64,000 bases of DNA from Williopsis jadinii (Eukaryota). This document shows, one piece after another, positions 1 through 11,050 of the stretch; the stretch's first letter is position 1; each line of letters starts with the position of its first letter. The DNA lies in the NCBI GenBank assembly GCA_024346625.1, contig AP024666.1:1736001-1800000 (forward strand). Direction: 5' to 3'. The translations under genes were made by a program, and so were the position numbers. The notes below the pieces were generated by a model. That model was not told the origin of the DNA and did not search any database. It saw only the letters and a list, made by a program, of their open reading frames with translations.

Positions 1-799
1 TCAGCTTGTCTGCAACGTCACGACACAGACGGAAGTATGGGTCCTGGTCAATAGCACATGGGATCAGACACTGTGTCTTTGGGCCCATTCCCAGGACGTC
101 TGGGAACGACGAAGGGAACGCAGTGGAGATCTGGATCGATGCAAAGTGCAATTTACCGATACAGTCGGAGTCTGTGAACCCGAAAACCGCCCTAGCAGTG
201 GACGTGGTGATCTGACGTGAAGTTCTAACAACGTTCTCATAGAGTGCACCACCCATGTAGTCCAGATCTGAAAAGATAAAGGTGTTTTCAGGCTTGAACC
301 CGACAGCGATGATGTCCTTTGCATTCTCCACGGCAAAGTTTCTAACGTCCTGAATGGTGAGCTTCGGCTTGAACAAGAACTTCTCGTCATCGGTCAGCTC
401 GATCACCAACGGAACGTCAAACACCTCCTGTAGCCATTTGGTGAAGAGGAACGGAACCAGGTGCCCAACGTGCATGCTGTTCGAAGGACCACGGCCCGTA
501 TACAGGAAGAAAGGCTTGCCCTGTTCGTACAGGTCCAGAATCTTCGAGAAATCTCTCTCTGAGAAGAAAAAGCCCTTTCTCAGGAAGTGATGTGGCTTAT
601 GGCCAGTCACACGCTCGAATCTTTCAAGGGTCTCCTCGCCAATCGAGCGCGTACCAAACTGCTTGGTGAGCTTATCGTAGTCAATGGCCTGTGCCTGACC
701 GTCCACAACAGCACCCTCCACTTCCCAGGGAGTCACTTTCTGTTCAGCAACCTGCTTGATATCCAACGCCTCGGTCTGTTTACTGAGCTCTTCAGTCAT
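1..799 (-). CDS. WRS1: Cytoplasmic tryptophanyl-tRNA synthetase, 5' part (runs off window start)
   Basis: Hand translation from ATG 799: MTEELSKQ...QKVTPWEVEG...IDYDKLTKQFG; LYTGRGPSNSMHVGH (HIGH-like); QLTDDEKFLFK; AIDQDPYFR. Absent from the ORF track because there is no stop in the window. Confidence 0.95.
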   Translation of the reverse strand, partial: MTEELSKQTEALDIKQVAEQKVTPWEVEGAVVDGQAQAIDYDKLTKQFGTRSIGEETLERFERVTGHKPHHFLRKGFFFSERDFSKILDLYEQGKPFFLYTGRGPSNSMHVGHLVPFLFTKWLQEVFDVPLVIELTDDEKFLFKPKLTIQDVRNFAVENAKDIIAVGFKPENTFIFSDLDYMGGALYENVVRTSRQITTSTARAVFGFTDSDCIGKLHFASIQISTAFPSSFPDVLGMGPKTQCLIPCAIDQDPYFRLCRDVADKL

Positions 800-1231
800 T
801 GCCTCTGTCTTCCGCTTCGTAGCACACTTCTCTCTCCACCAAAAGGGAAAACGATGTTGGCTTCGTTCAGTGAGCTGGAAAAGAGTGTTGAAAATTGTCA
901 TCGGCTTCCCAATAGGGTAATATCCGAGGGCACCCATCACGTGATCAAAACCCAAGATGCGGCCGCCTCCCCGCGCTCACAACCACTTCCGCATTCGGAA
1001 ATATTCCAACACGGCGGCAAAAACGTTGAAAATCCCAACGTGTCCTTTTTTCCCCAAACACGCTTGTTGCGCGGAGAAAAGAGAAGGAAACACCAAAACA
1101 TTCGCGGCTTTGTGGTTATAAAAAGTTGATTTGTTTTCCAAACCACAAAAACACCCTTGCCATCCTTCCCCCATTTTGAGAGTACGAAAACATCAAAACA
1201 AACCCGTCCTTTCTCGAATATCACGAACAGA

Positions 1232-2752
1232 ATGAAGTTCCTCACTGGTTTGTCGCTCAAGTCCCTCACCACCCTTCTTGCCGCCGTGTCTGTTGGCCTT
1301 GCCGCCGGCGATGAAGCTGCCATTGCGCCAGCTGATTCCGCCGTTGTGAAGCTCACCGCCGATAAGTTTGCGTCGTTTATCTCTGAGAACCCGTTGGTTC
1401 TTGCTGAGTTCTTTGCGCCATGGTGTGGTCACTGTAAGGCGCTCGGTCCAAACTTTGCCCAGGCTGCTGACGAGTTGGAGCCAAAGAACATCAAGTTGGC
1501 GCAGGTTGACTGTACCGAGAACCAGGATCTGTGTCAAGAGCACGGCATCAGAGGTTACCCAACGTTGAAGGTGTTCAGGGGCAGCGCCTCGGACCCTGCT
1601 GACTACGAGGGCCCAAGAAGCGCTGCCGGTATCGTCAACTACATGATCAAGCAGTCGTTGCCAGCTGTCAGCGTCATTGACGCTGTTGCCGATTTCGACA
1701 AGTTCTTGGAGGAGACCTCGGGCGCCATTGTCGTTGAGACTGGTGTCAAGGACAACGCCACCTTTTCAGAATACGCCAATGCACACAGAGATGATTACTC
1801 GTTTGTTCAAACCACGAACGCCGAGCTCGTCAAGCAATACGGCGAGGATAAGATCCTCGTGTTCATTGAAGGCTCGGATGAACCAGTGGTGTTTGACGAG
1901 GAGTTGACCTTGGAGAACTTGGATGCTTTTGTTGCCCGTGAATCATTCCCATACTTTGGTGAAATTGATGGATCCACCTATCAAAAGTACTCCCAACAGT
2001 CAACGCCATTGGCTTACTTCTTCTACAACACAGCCGAGGAGCGTGCTCAATGGGCACCAGCTTTGACTGAGATTGCCAAAAAGCACAGAGGTGATATCAA
2101 CTTTGTCGGTATTGACGCTTCCTCATTTGGCCGTCACGCGGAGAACTTGAACATGAAGCAAGAGTTCCCATTGTTTGTCATCCACGAGACCGCTTCAAAC
2201 AAGAAGTTTGGTGTCCCACAGGACATTGAGTTGACCGAGAAGGCCATTGAAGAATTTGTTGAAAAATACGCTGCCGGTGAAGCGGAGGCCATTGTCAAGT
2301 CCGAGGAGGTTCCAGAGGTTCAAGAGCAGGCTGTCTTCAAGATTGTCGGTAAGAACCACGATGAAGTTGTTAACGATGAGACAAAGGATGTGTTGGTCAA
2401 GTACTATGCTCCATGGTGTGGTCACTGTAAGAGATTGGCTCCAATCTACGAGGAGCTTGCTGAGTTGTATGCAAGCGATGCCGAGGGTGCTGAAAAGGTT
2501 TTGATTGCTAACTTGGATGGAACTTTGAACGACGTTGACGTTGAAATCACAGGTTATCCAACTTTAGTTCTCTACCCAGCTGGTGATAAGAGTAACCCAA
2601 TCGTCCACAAGGGAGGCCGTGACCTTCCATCGTTGATCGAGTTCATCAAGGAGAAGGGTTCATTTGGTGTTGACGCCAGTGAATTTGCCCCACCAGAGAA
2701 GAAAGAAGAGGAGAAGGAGGAGAAGAAGAAGGAGGAGAGAGACGAGCTTTAA
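1232..2752 (+). CDS. PDI1: Protein disulfide isomerase
   Basis: Signal peptide MKFLTGLSLKSL..., two APWCGHCK thioredoxin sites, C-terminal RDEL. First ATG at 1232. Confidence 0.97.
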   Translation: MKFLTGLSLKSLTTLLAAVSVGLAAGDEAAIAPADSAVVKLTADKFASFISENPLVLAEFFAPWCGHCKALGPNFAQAADELEPKNIKLAQVDCTENQDLCQEHGIRGYPTLKVFRGSASDPADYEGPRSAAGIVNYMIKQSLPAVSVIDAVADFDKFLEETSGAIVVETGVKDNATFSEYANAHRDDYSFVQTTNAELVKQYGEDKILVFIEGSDEPVVFDEELTLENLDAFVARESFPYFGEIDGSTYQKYSQQSTPLAYFFYNTAEERAQWAPALTEIAKKHRGDINFVGIDASSFGRHAENLNMKQEFPLFVIHETASNKKFGVPQDIELTEKAIEEFVEKYAAGEAEAIVKSEEVPEVQEQAVFKIVGKNHDEVVNDETKDVLVKYYAPWCGHCKRLAPIYEELAELYASDAEGAEKVLIANLDGTLNDVDVEITGYPTLVLYPAGDKSNPIVHKGGRDLPSLIEFIKEKGSFGVDASEFAPPEKKEEEKEEKKKEERDEL

Positions 2753-2932
2753 ACGGCAACAACTAAACAAACAAACAAACAAACAAACGTGGGCTTGGTA
2801 TATACAGAGGTTGGTTCGAGATTCAATACATAAGAAAGGAAAAGTTGATTTCGAAATACTTGAGAAAAAAGTTTTGTTATTTTTATAAACCAATCGTAAG
2901 TAGCATTCGTTACAACATCAAGGCACTGGGCA

Positions 2933-4363
2933 TCAGTTGACAGTACTTGCACAGAGAGCAGCACCAACACCAGATCCATCCTTTGCGATCTGGATGTGCA
3001 CTGATCTCTCTCCGTCAGGCCCAATTGGTGAAAGAGCCAGAGCGTGTCTAATCATGGATCTAAACCCTGGGTAGTACTCCACAACAGAGCCGTCAACACC
3101 AATCTCAACCTCCTTGTGGTAACCGTCAAGGGCCTTGGTTCTGATGAGAATGGCAGCCAATGGCACAGCAGCGAGGTAGGCAGCACGACGAGAGATTGCT
3201 CTCACTATGGCTTGGATCGCCTTACGCTCCTCGATAGTTGTTGGCAGTCTCAAGGATTGCAACAGTGATAGCTCAGTCTCTCTGAGGTTTGTAGAGTCGT
3301 CAATCTCAATATGGGACAACACCTCGGAGTCCAGCTCGAATGGAGTTCTCAGTCTATGAGGCAGCTCGTCGTACTCAAAGTACTGCGTGAAGATATCGCC
3401 CTTTGAATGGATCTCAACCAACACCTGTCTGAGGATTTCGCCCATGAACATACCACTCACACGTTTCTCAAACATGTGGTAACCAGGGTTCGAAGACACC
3501 TTATCGATGTTCTGGTCGTAAACGGTGTTTGGCAGGTGCTTCAGCTCGTTATCGAATGAACCCCATTCCGTGTTGATCACCATATGAGTGACACCCTTGC
3601 TCTTGAGCTCTTTCACCAGCTCAGGGTCCAGCTTCTTGATGGCCTCCAGAGGCTCCATATAACAGCCATTGGTACCGGTTCCAAAGATGGCGCCTATGAC
3701 GGTGTCGCCCTGGTTACCGTTTGGAGACGCACCTGAGGAGTAGGCGTGCGACAGCAATGTCCCGACGGTGTCGTTGGCCAACGCCACAATGTCCACGGGA
3801 CATTTGATCTTGTCCAATTGGTCCTGCAGCAGCTTGACCACGTCCTTGCCGACGGTGTCCTGGATCTTGAAGCCCTTAGTCCAGCGGATCAGCGTTCCTG
3901 ACGACAGCGAGGTCTGGTCAACTGGGTAGGAGAAGGTGAAGCCCAGCTTGAGCTTACCAGTGGTGTCTGTGGAGCCGGTAGGATGGTACTTGTCAACAAA
4001 CTGCGCAATCTTCTTAGCCAAGTAGCCAAACAGCTCCTCGGACGTCTCAGCCTCCAGCAGGTCATCAGGGATCCTGTTCTTTAGCTGCTCGAGCTTAAAG
4101 GTCGAGTTGCCCTTCAGCTCAACAGAGCACACCCTGAAGTTCGTACCACCCAAATCAGCAGCTAAGAAGACACCTCTCTCACGCCCATTAGGGATGCTCG
4201 TCACGAACGTTGGAATCATAGGCAGGCCCTTTGATTTCTCACCAGGCGCATGTTCCAACCCTTCCTCGATGCTCTTGATGAAGTGGTTGGTAAGCTCCTC
4301 GAGCTTAGCAGAGTCCACTGTGAACTCCTTCACGATCGCATCGACTGACTCTTGTAAGACCAT
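2933..4363 (-). CDS. GLK1: Glucokinase
   Basis: LAADLGGTNFRV, LGFTFSYP, WTKGF, ANDTVGT, INTEWGSFDN, DGSGVGAAL. PDI1-GLK1 neighbourhood as in S. cerevisiae chr III. Confidence 0.95.
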   Translation of the reverse strand: MVLQESVDAIVKEFTVDSAKLEELTNHFIKSIEEGLEHAPGEKSKGLPMIPTFVTSIPNGRERGVFLAADLGGTNFRVCSVELKGNSTFKLEQLKNRIPDDLLEAETSEELFGYLAKKIAQFVDKYHPTGSTDTTGKLKLGFTFSYPVDQTSLSSGTLIRWTKGFKIQDTVGKDVVKLLQDQLDKIKCPVDIVALANDTVGTLLSHAYSSGASPNGNQGDTVIGAIFGTGTNGCYMEPLEAIKKLDPELVKELKSKGVTHMVINTEWGSFDNELKHLPNTVYDQNIDKVSSNPGYHMFEKRVSGMFMGEILRQVLVEIHSKGDIFTQYFEYDELPHRLRTPFELDSEVLSHIEIDDSTNLRETELSLLQSLRLPTTIEERKAIQAIVRAISRRAAYLAAVPLAAILIRTKALDGYHKEVEIGVDGSVVEYYPGFRSMIRHALALSPIGPDGERSVHIQIAKDGSGVGAALCASTVN

Positions 4364-4930
4364 TTGTGTGTAATTTGTAGTAAATCAGTTATCTGACTGA
4401 CTGATTGCTTGTTTGCTCGACTCACTGAGGAACTCACTACGTCCAAGACAGAGAAAAAGCAGCTATTTATAGGGGGTGGGATGACTTCACGAGAGATGAG
4501 AGAAAGAGAGAGGATTAATGCACCCCGTGCAACAACTGGGGCAACGCCGTCACGGAACAACTCTCGCGCGGAAAAACCCCCTGGCGCGAATGCACGCGCT
4601 CATAACCGCATGACAGCCACAGGGGCTCTGCTCGGGCTGGTGTGTAGCTATAGAACGCCACAAACTACGGTAGGGGGGCTACTAAGACGGCGTGGGCACA
4701 GTATATGGACGTATATTGATCTACAGCATCGCTACCATTGCTTGCCTCGCTTATTCGACCGAGTAGAACCCCCCAGCCAGCAGTTATTGAAGCCCACTGA
4801 ACGTACTCCGGGGCTGCCGTCCGTGTGTGGCACGGTTGTTCCCGGCTGGTGATTTCTGCATCAACGCTGCTGATGCAATGGAATGGGGTTCTGGGCATCG
4901 GGGGAAGTCGTCATGTGATGGCCAATTGGG

Positions 4931-7342
4931 CTACGTAGCGTTGACGTAGGTACCGAGCACTCGAGAGATCGTGGTGGAAGTGTCAACTTTCAGCCTTTTG
5001 GTCTCATTTGGCACAAGGTCGAATCCGTTGTCCTGTAGATAGCCGTCACACTGTACGAATACGCCTTTGACGAGCACTCGGGACTTGAGCTCAAGATAGC
5101 CATCTTTGACGACGTACTCGACCGGAGCATCGCCACTCAGGGTGTAGTGCTTGAGAGGTTGAGGCCAATGGATGTAGCGATTTACAGTCGCAGAGGTATT
5201 TCCAGTGCTGATCCTGTGCAGAGTGATGCACAGGATTAAATGCTCGTCGAGGGCTAAACAACCGCACTCCACCGTGGAGTTGTTGGCAACAGTCACAGGG
5301 AACCGTTCGGTCTTGACAATGACACTGGCCATGTCGTAGTAGTCAACTTGAACAAAGTAGCTTGCGTCGTCGCTAGCGTAGTTTTGAGCACCACTGATGG
5401 AGATGAACAGGTTCAGCACGTTATCGTCGAATGCCTCACCACCAATGATACAGGGCTCGCTGAGCCTTTTGACACTGTAATAGCCGAGTTTGGGGACTCG
5501 ACAGCTATCAACGAGCGACCAGGACGTTACTGGGTAGACGTCATTCAGCTGCCATACTAATTGGCCGCCGCATAGCCTGTTCTTCCCCCATCTATGACGA
5601 GCAGCTAGGAGTGCGAACGCCATACACTCACTCTGCACCAGTTGAGTGGCATAGATCCACGAGCTTAGATCGTTCTCCAGGATCCGAACATTGGCGTACA
5701 CATAGTAGGACAGCTTCCTCGCAAAACCTTGGGCTTTGTTATGGTACTCCACGGTTTTCGACTGTGGGTACAGCTCATCTTTGTTGGTTATGCACTTGGT
5801 GAAGGCCTCATAAGACGGCATCGCTTCCATTCCGAATTCGGAGACAAACCTTCCAACGAGTTTAAACCATTGCTGGTAGGGTAGCTCTTTACCATGCCAC
5901 ACATTCCACTGGTGAACGTCACCAATGGTCAGGTCATCAGCAGGTAGCGTGTCATTGGAATAGGGTGAGCCAGGGATGTATGCAATCGTTGTGCTCTCTT
6001 CTCCACCGTAGATATCAGCTAGAACCTGAGGTAACACCTCCTCGTAGATCTTACGAGCGTAGAATTGATCACGGGGAATCTTATACTCATCACGAGTCTG
6101 GTAGTCTTCGTTATTACCAGCATAGATCACAACGGATGGATACTTCTTTAGCCTTTGAACATTCTGTTCAGCCTCAACCCTAACATTCGCAACAAACTCA
6201 TCATCTCCTGGATACTGGCCACACGCAAACATGAAGTCCTGCCAAACCAGTATACCTAGCGAGTCACATTCCTGGTGGAACCAGTCATATTCGTAGATGC
6301 CACCACCCCACACTCTAACCATGTTTTGGTTACCATCCTTCAACAGTGCGATCCAATCCTTGTATTGCTGGCGTGTTAGGGTAGTTAAGAATGGAGAAGC
6401 TGGTATCCAATTACACCCATTGACATATGTGTCCAATCCGTTGACTCTGAAATAGAAGGTTGAACCTGTATCAAGTGATGATTGGACAAGCTCAACCTGT
6501 CTGAACCCCAAACGTTGTTCCAATGAATCAACAATCTTACCGTTGAAGATCAGATCAGTGGTCAATGTATAGAGATTCGGGTCCCCATGCGTAAAGGGGA
6601 ACCACATCTTGATATCACTCAGCTGGTGAGTTGACTCAGGACTTTTGAAAATGGTACGATCACCAAATTTCAGAGTATAGACAACGTTGGCGTTCCCACC
6701 CTTGGTGATTGCCTGGAGCTCCAACTCGGCACTCTTTGTTTCAACGTCAAGCCTGTAGCTAACATCAACGCCATCCAGCTTCCCGGTCTCTTCATCCCAG
6801 AGAACCAACTCCACCGGCTTGTAGACACCACAAGTGATCAGCCTTGGGCCCCAATCCCAGCCATAATGGTATTGTGCCTTTCTCACGAACATGCGATCAT
6901 TGCCGAACTCTGGCAAGAGTGTAATCGGCTCAAATGGCTTATCCTTGATATGATCCACTGGGTGGAACTTCAACAGGAGTGTGTTTATCCCTTCCAGGGG
7001 TTGGACCTCCACAGAGTATCTTCTGAACATGTTCTTCGTGTGAGCGATGTGCTCATTGTTCAAGAGAACATCACAATCCGTGTCCAGCCCGTTGATGACA
7101 AGTTCACACCGCTCAAGGCGAAGACCAGGCTCCACCGTGATGGACGCTTTATACCACCACTCAGTTCTACCAACAAACGAAACCAGAGCTTCGTTACAGT
7201 CGCTCAAAGGGTCTGGAATATCACCGCTATTCACCAAATCAGGGAAAATCTCCGTCACGGCACTGTTGGTATGGCTCTTTGTCCAACCAGTGTCTGTTGG
7301 GCGTTTGAAGTGCCAATTGTCGAATGTAAGTGTAGTAGGCAT
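4931..7342 (-). CDS. GH2 beta-mannosidase, no signal peptide
   Basis: RKAQYHYGWDWGP, RVWGGGIYE, WQDFMFAC, GNNED (acid/base), VSEFG (nucleophile), WQLND. First ATG at 7342. Confidence 0.92.
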   Translation of the reverse strand: MPTTLTFDNWHFKRPTDTGWTKSHTNSAVTEIFPDLVNSGDIPDPLSDCNEALVSFVGRTEWWYKASITVEPGLRLERCELVINGLDTDCDVLLNNEHIAHTKNMFRRYSVEVQPLEGINTLLLKFHPVDHIKDKPFEPITLLPEFGNDRMFVRKAQYHYGWDWGPRLITCGVYKPVELVLWDEETGKLDGVDVSYRLDVETKSAELELQAITKGGNANVVYTLKFGDRTIFKSPESTHQLSDIKMWFPFTHGDPNLYTLTTDLIFNGKIVDSLEQRLGFRQVELVQSSLDTGSTFYFRVNGLDTYVNGCNWIPASPFLTTLTRQQYKDWIALLKDGNQNMVRVWGGGIYEYDWFHQECDSLGILVWQDFMFACGQYPGDDEFVANVRVEAEQNVQRLKKYPSVVIYAGNNEDYQTRDEYKIPRDQFYARKIYEEVLPQVLADIYGGEESTTIAYIPGSPYSNDTLPADDLTIGDVHQWNVWHGKELPYQQWFKLVGRFVSEFGMEAMPSYEAFTKCITNKDELYPQSKTVEYHNKAQGFARKLSYYVYANVRILENDLSSWIYATQLVQSECMAFALLAARHRWGKNRLCGGQLVWQLNDVYPVTSWSLVDSCRVPKLGYYSVKRLSEPCIIGGEAFDDNVLNLFISISGAQNYASDDASYFVQVDYYDMASVIVKTERFPVTVANNSTVECGCLALDEHLILCITLHRISTGNTSATVNRYIHWPQPLKHYTLSGDAPVEYVVKDGYLELKSRVLVKGVFVQCDGYLQDNGFDLVPNETKRLKVDTSTTISRVLGTYVNAT

Positions 7343-7553
7343 CGTGGAAGTGGTCAACAACATGTGGTTAGAAAGAAGAGAGGGGGGAACAAAGGCACCA
7401 AGAGAGGTTTATATATATGAATACAACAATAAATCCCCCCGAGATTTGTCCCTTACGGGGGGTATATGCAATGTCGTACAGCTGGGTGCATTGGTGTCAA
7501 AATTAACACCTGTTGATAGTTTGTTGGGGAGGGGAGAGCGTTGTCTTTGTTTA

Positions 7554-8534
7554 CTACAAAGACGAAGCCGATAGTAAGCTCGTGTGCTCGTGTGATGGTG
7601 TGGAGTCCAATTGGATGCCAATGTCGGGCTGTTTTGCGCCGAAGAACTCTTCAAATCTCCCCAACATCTTGTATAGATCCCTGGCCCGGCCCAAAGTGTA
7701 CCTAAACGTTCTACGCCTGGTCGATACGGTGTCATCCTTGTCTTCGCTTGAGTCTGTAGACAGGGGCTGTTTGTCAGTTTGCCAGGTCTGCTCCATTTCC
7801 GCAGGGCTCATGGCCTCCAGTAGGCTTAAATTGTTCAACAGTGTAACAATGCTTGAAGGCTGTGGCATTCCAGGCTGTGGCATTCGCACCTGCTCCATTC
7901 TCTGTGCCTCGTTTCTTCGAGCCATTGAGATCCCCTGCGATGCCCGTCTTTGGCTCTGCAGCGCAATCTGCAGATGGTGTCGCTGCTGTGTGCTCTCAGT
8001 GTTCCACTGACGTCTAACATAGCCTTCATTTACAGGCAAGAAGAGCACATCTGCGAGTGCACTGGGTCCCGGAGAGTCCACACCGGCTCCATGAGCACCG
8101 CTGGTGCTCAGCCTACGCCTACGTAGGTGAACCCGCCGTGCAATTCTCCTATAGATCCTACGCAAGAGGTGTCTCGAGCCCGTTGAGGCCTCGCTGCCTA
8201 TGCCACTGAGCTCGCTGCCCATGCCACCTCCGTGTACCACAGGGCGCTCCAGCGCAGAACCAAGCCCACTCATCCTATCCCTCTCCACTGAGCTCGAGCT
8301 CTCCGGCACTGCCACCCCAGAAGATAGCGTCTCCGTGCTGGAACCACTCCCGCCACGGTGCAAGCCGGCACTGTTGCACGTTGGCGAGTGCCATAGCTCT
8401 TCAACAGAGATTGTGATCACGGACCGGGCCAGCAGCTCAATTCTCGGGTAGACCGCCATCGACTGACACCAGCACGCTCTCCAGAGCAGTGCAAGTGTCG
8501 CTACGAGTTGCTTCACCAGCTTACAATGTGCCAT
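7554..8534 (-). CDS. Hypothetical 326-aa protein
   Basis: Long ATG-initiated ORF filling the gap between mannosidase and SRO9; hydrophobic N-terminus, Ser/Gly- and Arg-rich; no recognised family. Confidence 0.4.
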   Translation of the reverse strand: MAHCKLVKQLVATLALLWRACWCQSMAVYPRIELLARSVITISVEELWHSPTCNSAGLHRGGSGSSTETLSSGVAVPESSSSVERDRMSGLGSALERPVVHGGGMGSELSGIGSEASTGSRHLLRRIYRRIARRVHLRRRRLSTSGAHGAGVDSPGPSALADVLFLPVNEGYVRRQWNTESTQQRHHLQIALQSQRRASQGISMARRNEAQRMEQVRMPQPGMPQPSSIVTLLNNLSLLEAMSPAEMEQTWQTDKQPLSTDSSEDKDDTVSTRRRTFRYTLGRARDLYKMLGRFEEFFGAKQPDIGIQLDSTPSHEHTSLLSASSL

Positions 8535-8701
8535 TGTTTACATCCAAAGGATTATGCGATGACACAAACGTAACTTCACCACAAAGGATGCGGACGGTGT
8601 TGCATGACGTCATAGGAGAAGGAGCGCGCGGAGAGTGGAGGGTGGAGGGTGGAGGTGGAGGGATGATGATGATTACATAAGCAGTGTGCTTACATAATCA
8701 C

Positions 8702-8766
8702 ACACCCAGACACCACTAAAAGCACCAGTGCGCGCGAAAATTTCCTAAAACACGCAAAATTTTTCA
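8702..8766 (+). promoter_or_regulatory. Rap1-like site and RRPE upstream of SRO9
   Basis: ACACCCAGACAC at 8702-8713 (identical 12-mer upstream of RPS31 at 58050); AAAATTTTTCA (RRPE) at 8756-8766. Confidence 0.6.
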
Positions 8767-8939
8767 CCGACTCAGCTCCTCCGAGAACTTTTTTTTGTAT
8801 GAGCTTGGGACATTGGCCAAAAAAAAAGTTCTAGCTGAGATTCGACAACTTTTTCCCTCTTCTTTCTCTCTCTTTCTTCCTCTCTTTGAAGCTCATTTGT
8901 GAAGACAGAACACGAGAAGAAGATCTCTCGTTCGAGCCC

Positions 8940-8974
8940 TTTTGTTTGTTTGTTTGTGTGTGTGTGTGTGTGTG
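8940..8974. repeat. (TTTG)n-(TG)n microsatellite
   Basis: Directly visible in the SRO9 upstream region. Confidence 0.9.
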
Positions 8975-9242
8975 CGCTATTGCTATCATCGATTCCGTGA
9001 AGTGGTTGTCATCTCATCGAATCATTTAATACTCAGCCAAGTGTGGACACAATCGCATAACGATCTTGTCCCTCTACGCCCATCTGCTCCACGCCCACCT
9101 GTTCCTTACTGAATAAGGGCGAAAACGTGGCCATTACTCGGTGCCATTGTTGAAGGATAGTGCTTCACCTCTAATATCATCATCTCCGTCGCTGGACTCT
9201 TGCATTTCCCTCTTCAGACCACAGGACTGAACCATTCCAACC

Positions 9243-10682
9243 ATGTCTGCTGAAACCTACGCTGACGCTGCTAAGCCAGCATCCCCTGCCACTGCGCCAA
9301 CACAAGAGCCTGCAGCTGAGTCCATTGAGGCCGTTGCTGCTGAAAAGGCTCCACAGGACTCCACTGACTCCCACTTGCCTTCGCCAAAGGCCTCTCCAAA
9401 GAATGCCAAACAACAGGTGAAGCTGGCCCCGGCACCTGTTCCTGAGGTGAGTGCATGGGGGTCTTCATCCACGGAGGGCTCCAGATCCAACTCTAACGTT
9501 GATTCCAAGCATTGGCCTTCTCCTCTAGAGGTGCCACAACAGCAATCACAACAGCAACAGTCCGGTGGAAAGAAACAGGCTGTTGTAAAGAACACCTCGA
9601 AGGAGAAGTGGGTCCCATTCAATGCCTCTGTTGTGTTAGCACAGCCTGCGAAGAAGTCGACGCAGAAGAGAAACCAGAAGAACCACGGTGGCTTGAACAA
9701 CAAGCAGGTCAACTCTGATGCTAAGAAGAGAAAGAACAAATCTAAGCAGGGAACACACAGCTCAGCACAACAGTCACAGTCACAGCAGCCACAGGCGCAG
9801 CAGCAATCACAACAGCAGTCACAGTCTCAACAGCAATCGCAGGCTCAGGATTCAGTCAAGTCCCCAGCCAATGACACTGTTGCATCCACTGCTTCCACTG
9901 ACTCTGCAGAGAAGTCTGGTGTCGCATCACAACATCAGCAGACCCAGCCAAACCAACATCAGCATCATAACCATTATCATAACCACCGTCATCACCATCA
10001 TAATCACCACCAGAACGCTGCCAATGGAGGTGCTGCTGCCGGTAATGCCAACAACAACGGCCAGCATTACCCTCAACAGTTTGCCCAAGGCTCGAGACCT
10101 TTCCGTCCTTATAACGGCAACGGTAATCGTCGTTTCAGCAAGAACGGTGCGCCATTCCGCTACAACAATGGCCATTACAACAACCAGGCCGGTGGATATC
10201 CTCAGGGCTTCTACTACAACGCACGCAATTTCATCGTCAACAAGAACGAACCAACGTATTCACTAACGAAACAGATCGAGTACTACTTCTCAATTGAGAA
10301 CTTGGCCAAGGACCTGTTCTTGCGTAAGCACATGAACTCTGAAGGTTGGTTGAACTACGAGGTTGTGGCCAACTTCTACAGAATGCAGGTGCTGAGTGGT
10401 AATGATCTCTCTCTTGTGAAAAAGGTGTTGTTGGAGTTGAACGGTTCCTTAGTTGAAGTTGGTGAAGCTGGCGAGCTGACGGTGATCAGAGTCAAGGACA
10501 ACCATAAGATCTGGGTCCTTCCAGCTGAGCAGAGATTGGCAAGTGTCGAAGGTGAAGTTACGATAATTGCCCCAAAGGTTGATGAGGAGGGCGAAACCAG
10601 AGCTTCTGAGGCCACTGAAGCCACTGAGACTGAAGCTGCTGAGACCACTAATGAGAATGATGATGTCAAGGAGGATAACTAG
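9243..10682 (+). CDS. SRO9: La-motif RNA-binding protein Sro9/Slf1
   Basis: LAPAPVPEVSAW, KEKWVPF, La motif KQIEYYFSIENLAKDLFLRKHMNSEGW; Q/N/H-rich linker. Confidence 0.92.
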   Translation: MSAETYADAAKPASPATAPTQEPAAESIEAVAAEKAPQDSTDSHLPSPKASPKNAKQQVKLAPAPVPEVSAWGSSSTEGSRSNSNVDSKHWPSPLEVPQQQSQQQQSGGKKQAVVKNTSKEKWVPFNASVVLAQPAKKSTQKRNQKNHGGLNNKQVNSDAKKRKNKSKQGTHSSAQQSQSQQPQAQQQSQQQSQSQQQSQAQDSVKSPANDTVASTASTDSAEKSGVASQHQQTQPNQHQHHNHYHNHRHHHHNHHQNAANGGAAAGNANNNGQHYPQQFAQGSRPFRPYNGNGNRRFSKNGAPFRYNNGHYNNQAGGYPQGFYYNARNFIVNKNEPTYSLTKQIEYYFSIENLAKDLFLRKHMNSEGWLNYEVVANFYRMQVLSGNDLSLVKKVLLELNGSLVEVGEAGELTVIRVKDNHKIWVLPAEQRLASVEGEVTIIAPKVDEEGETRASEATEATETEAAETTNENDDVKEDN

Positions 10683-11050
10683 ACGAATCTCGTCTCCTCT
10701 CAGCCATTGGTGTTTCCTTTTGTTTCCCTTCCTTTATCCCCTCTGTACACTACATTCAATCCTGACCTTCTGAGCCATATGGACGTCATTGTTTGGTCCA
10801 TCAAAGAGACAATTACCACTTATAAAACCCCCATCTCTCTATCTATCTATATCTATATCGAAAAAGCAAAAAAAAGCAATCCGTTTTAAAGGAAGGAGTA
10901 CAATAAACACAGCATATCATCGTCGTGATGGGGCATGTCTGTGATGATGGCTTTCTTCAACTGTATAAAGAATCAAAAGTAATACATAAATATCTTTTTT
11001 TTTCCTGATTTTGTCTTACGTAGCTCATCATCGTCATCATCGCCAGTAGG

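Noticed and set aside
10941..11008. Possible box C/D snoRNA (TGATGA...CTGA)
   Set aside because: No terminal stem or recognisable rRNA guide; AT-rich terminator zone between convergent genes.
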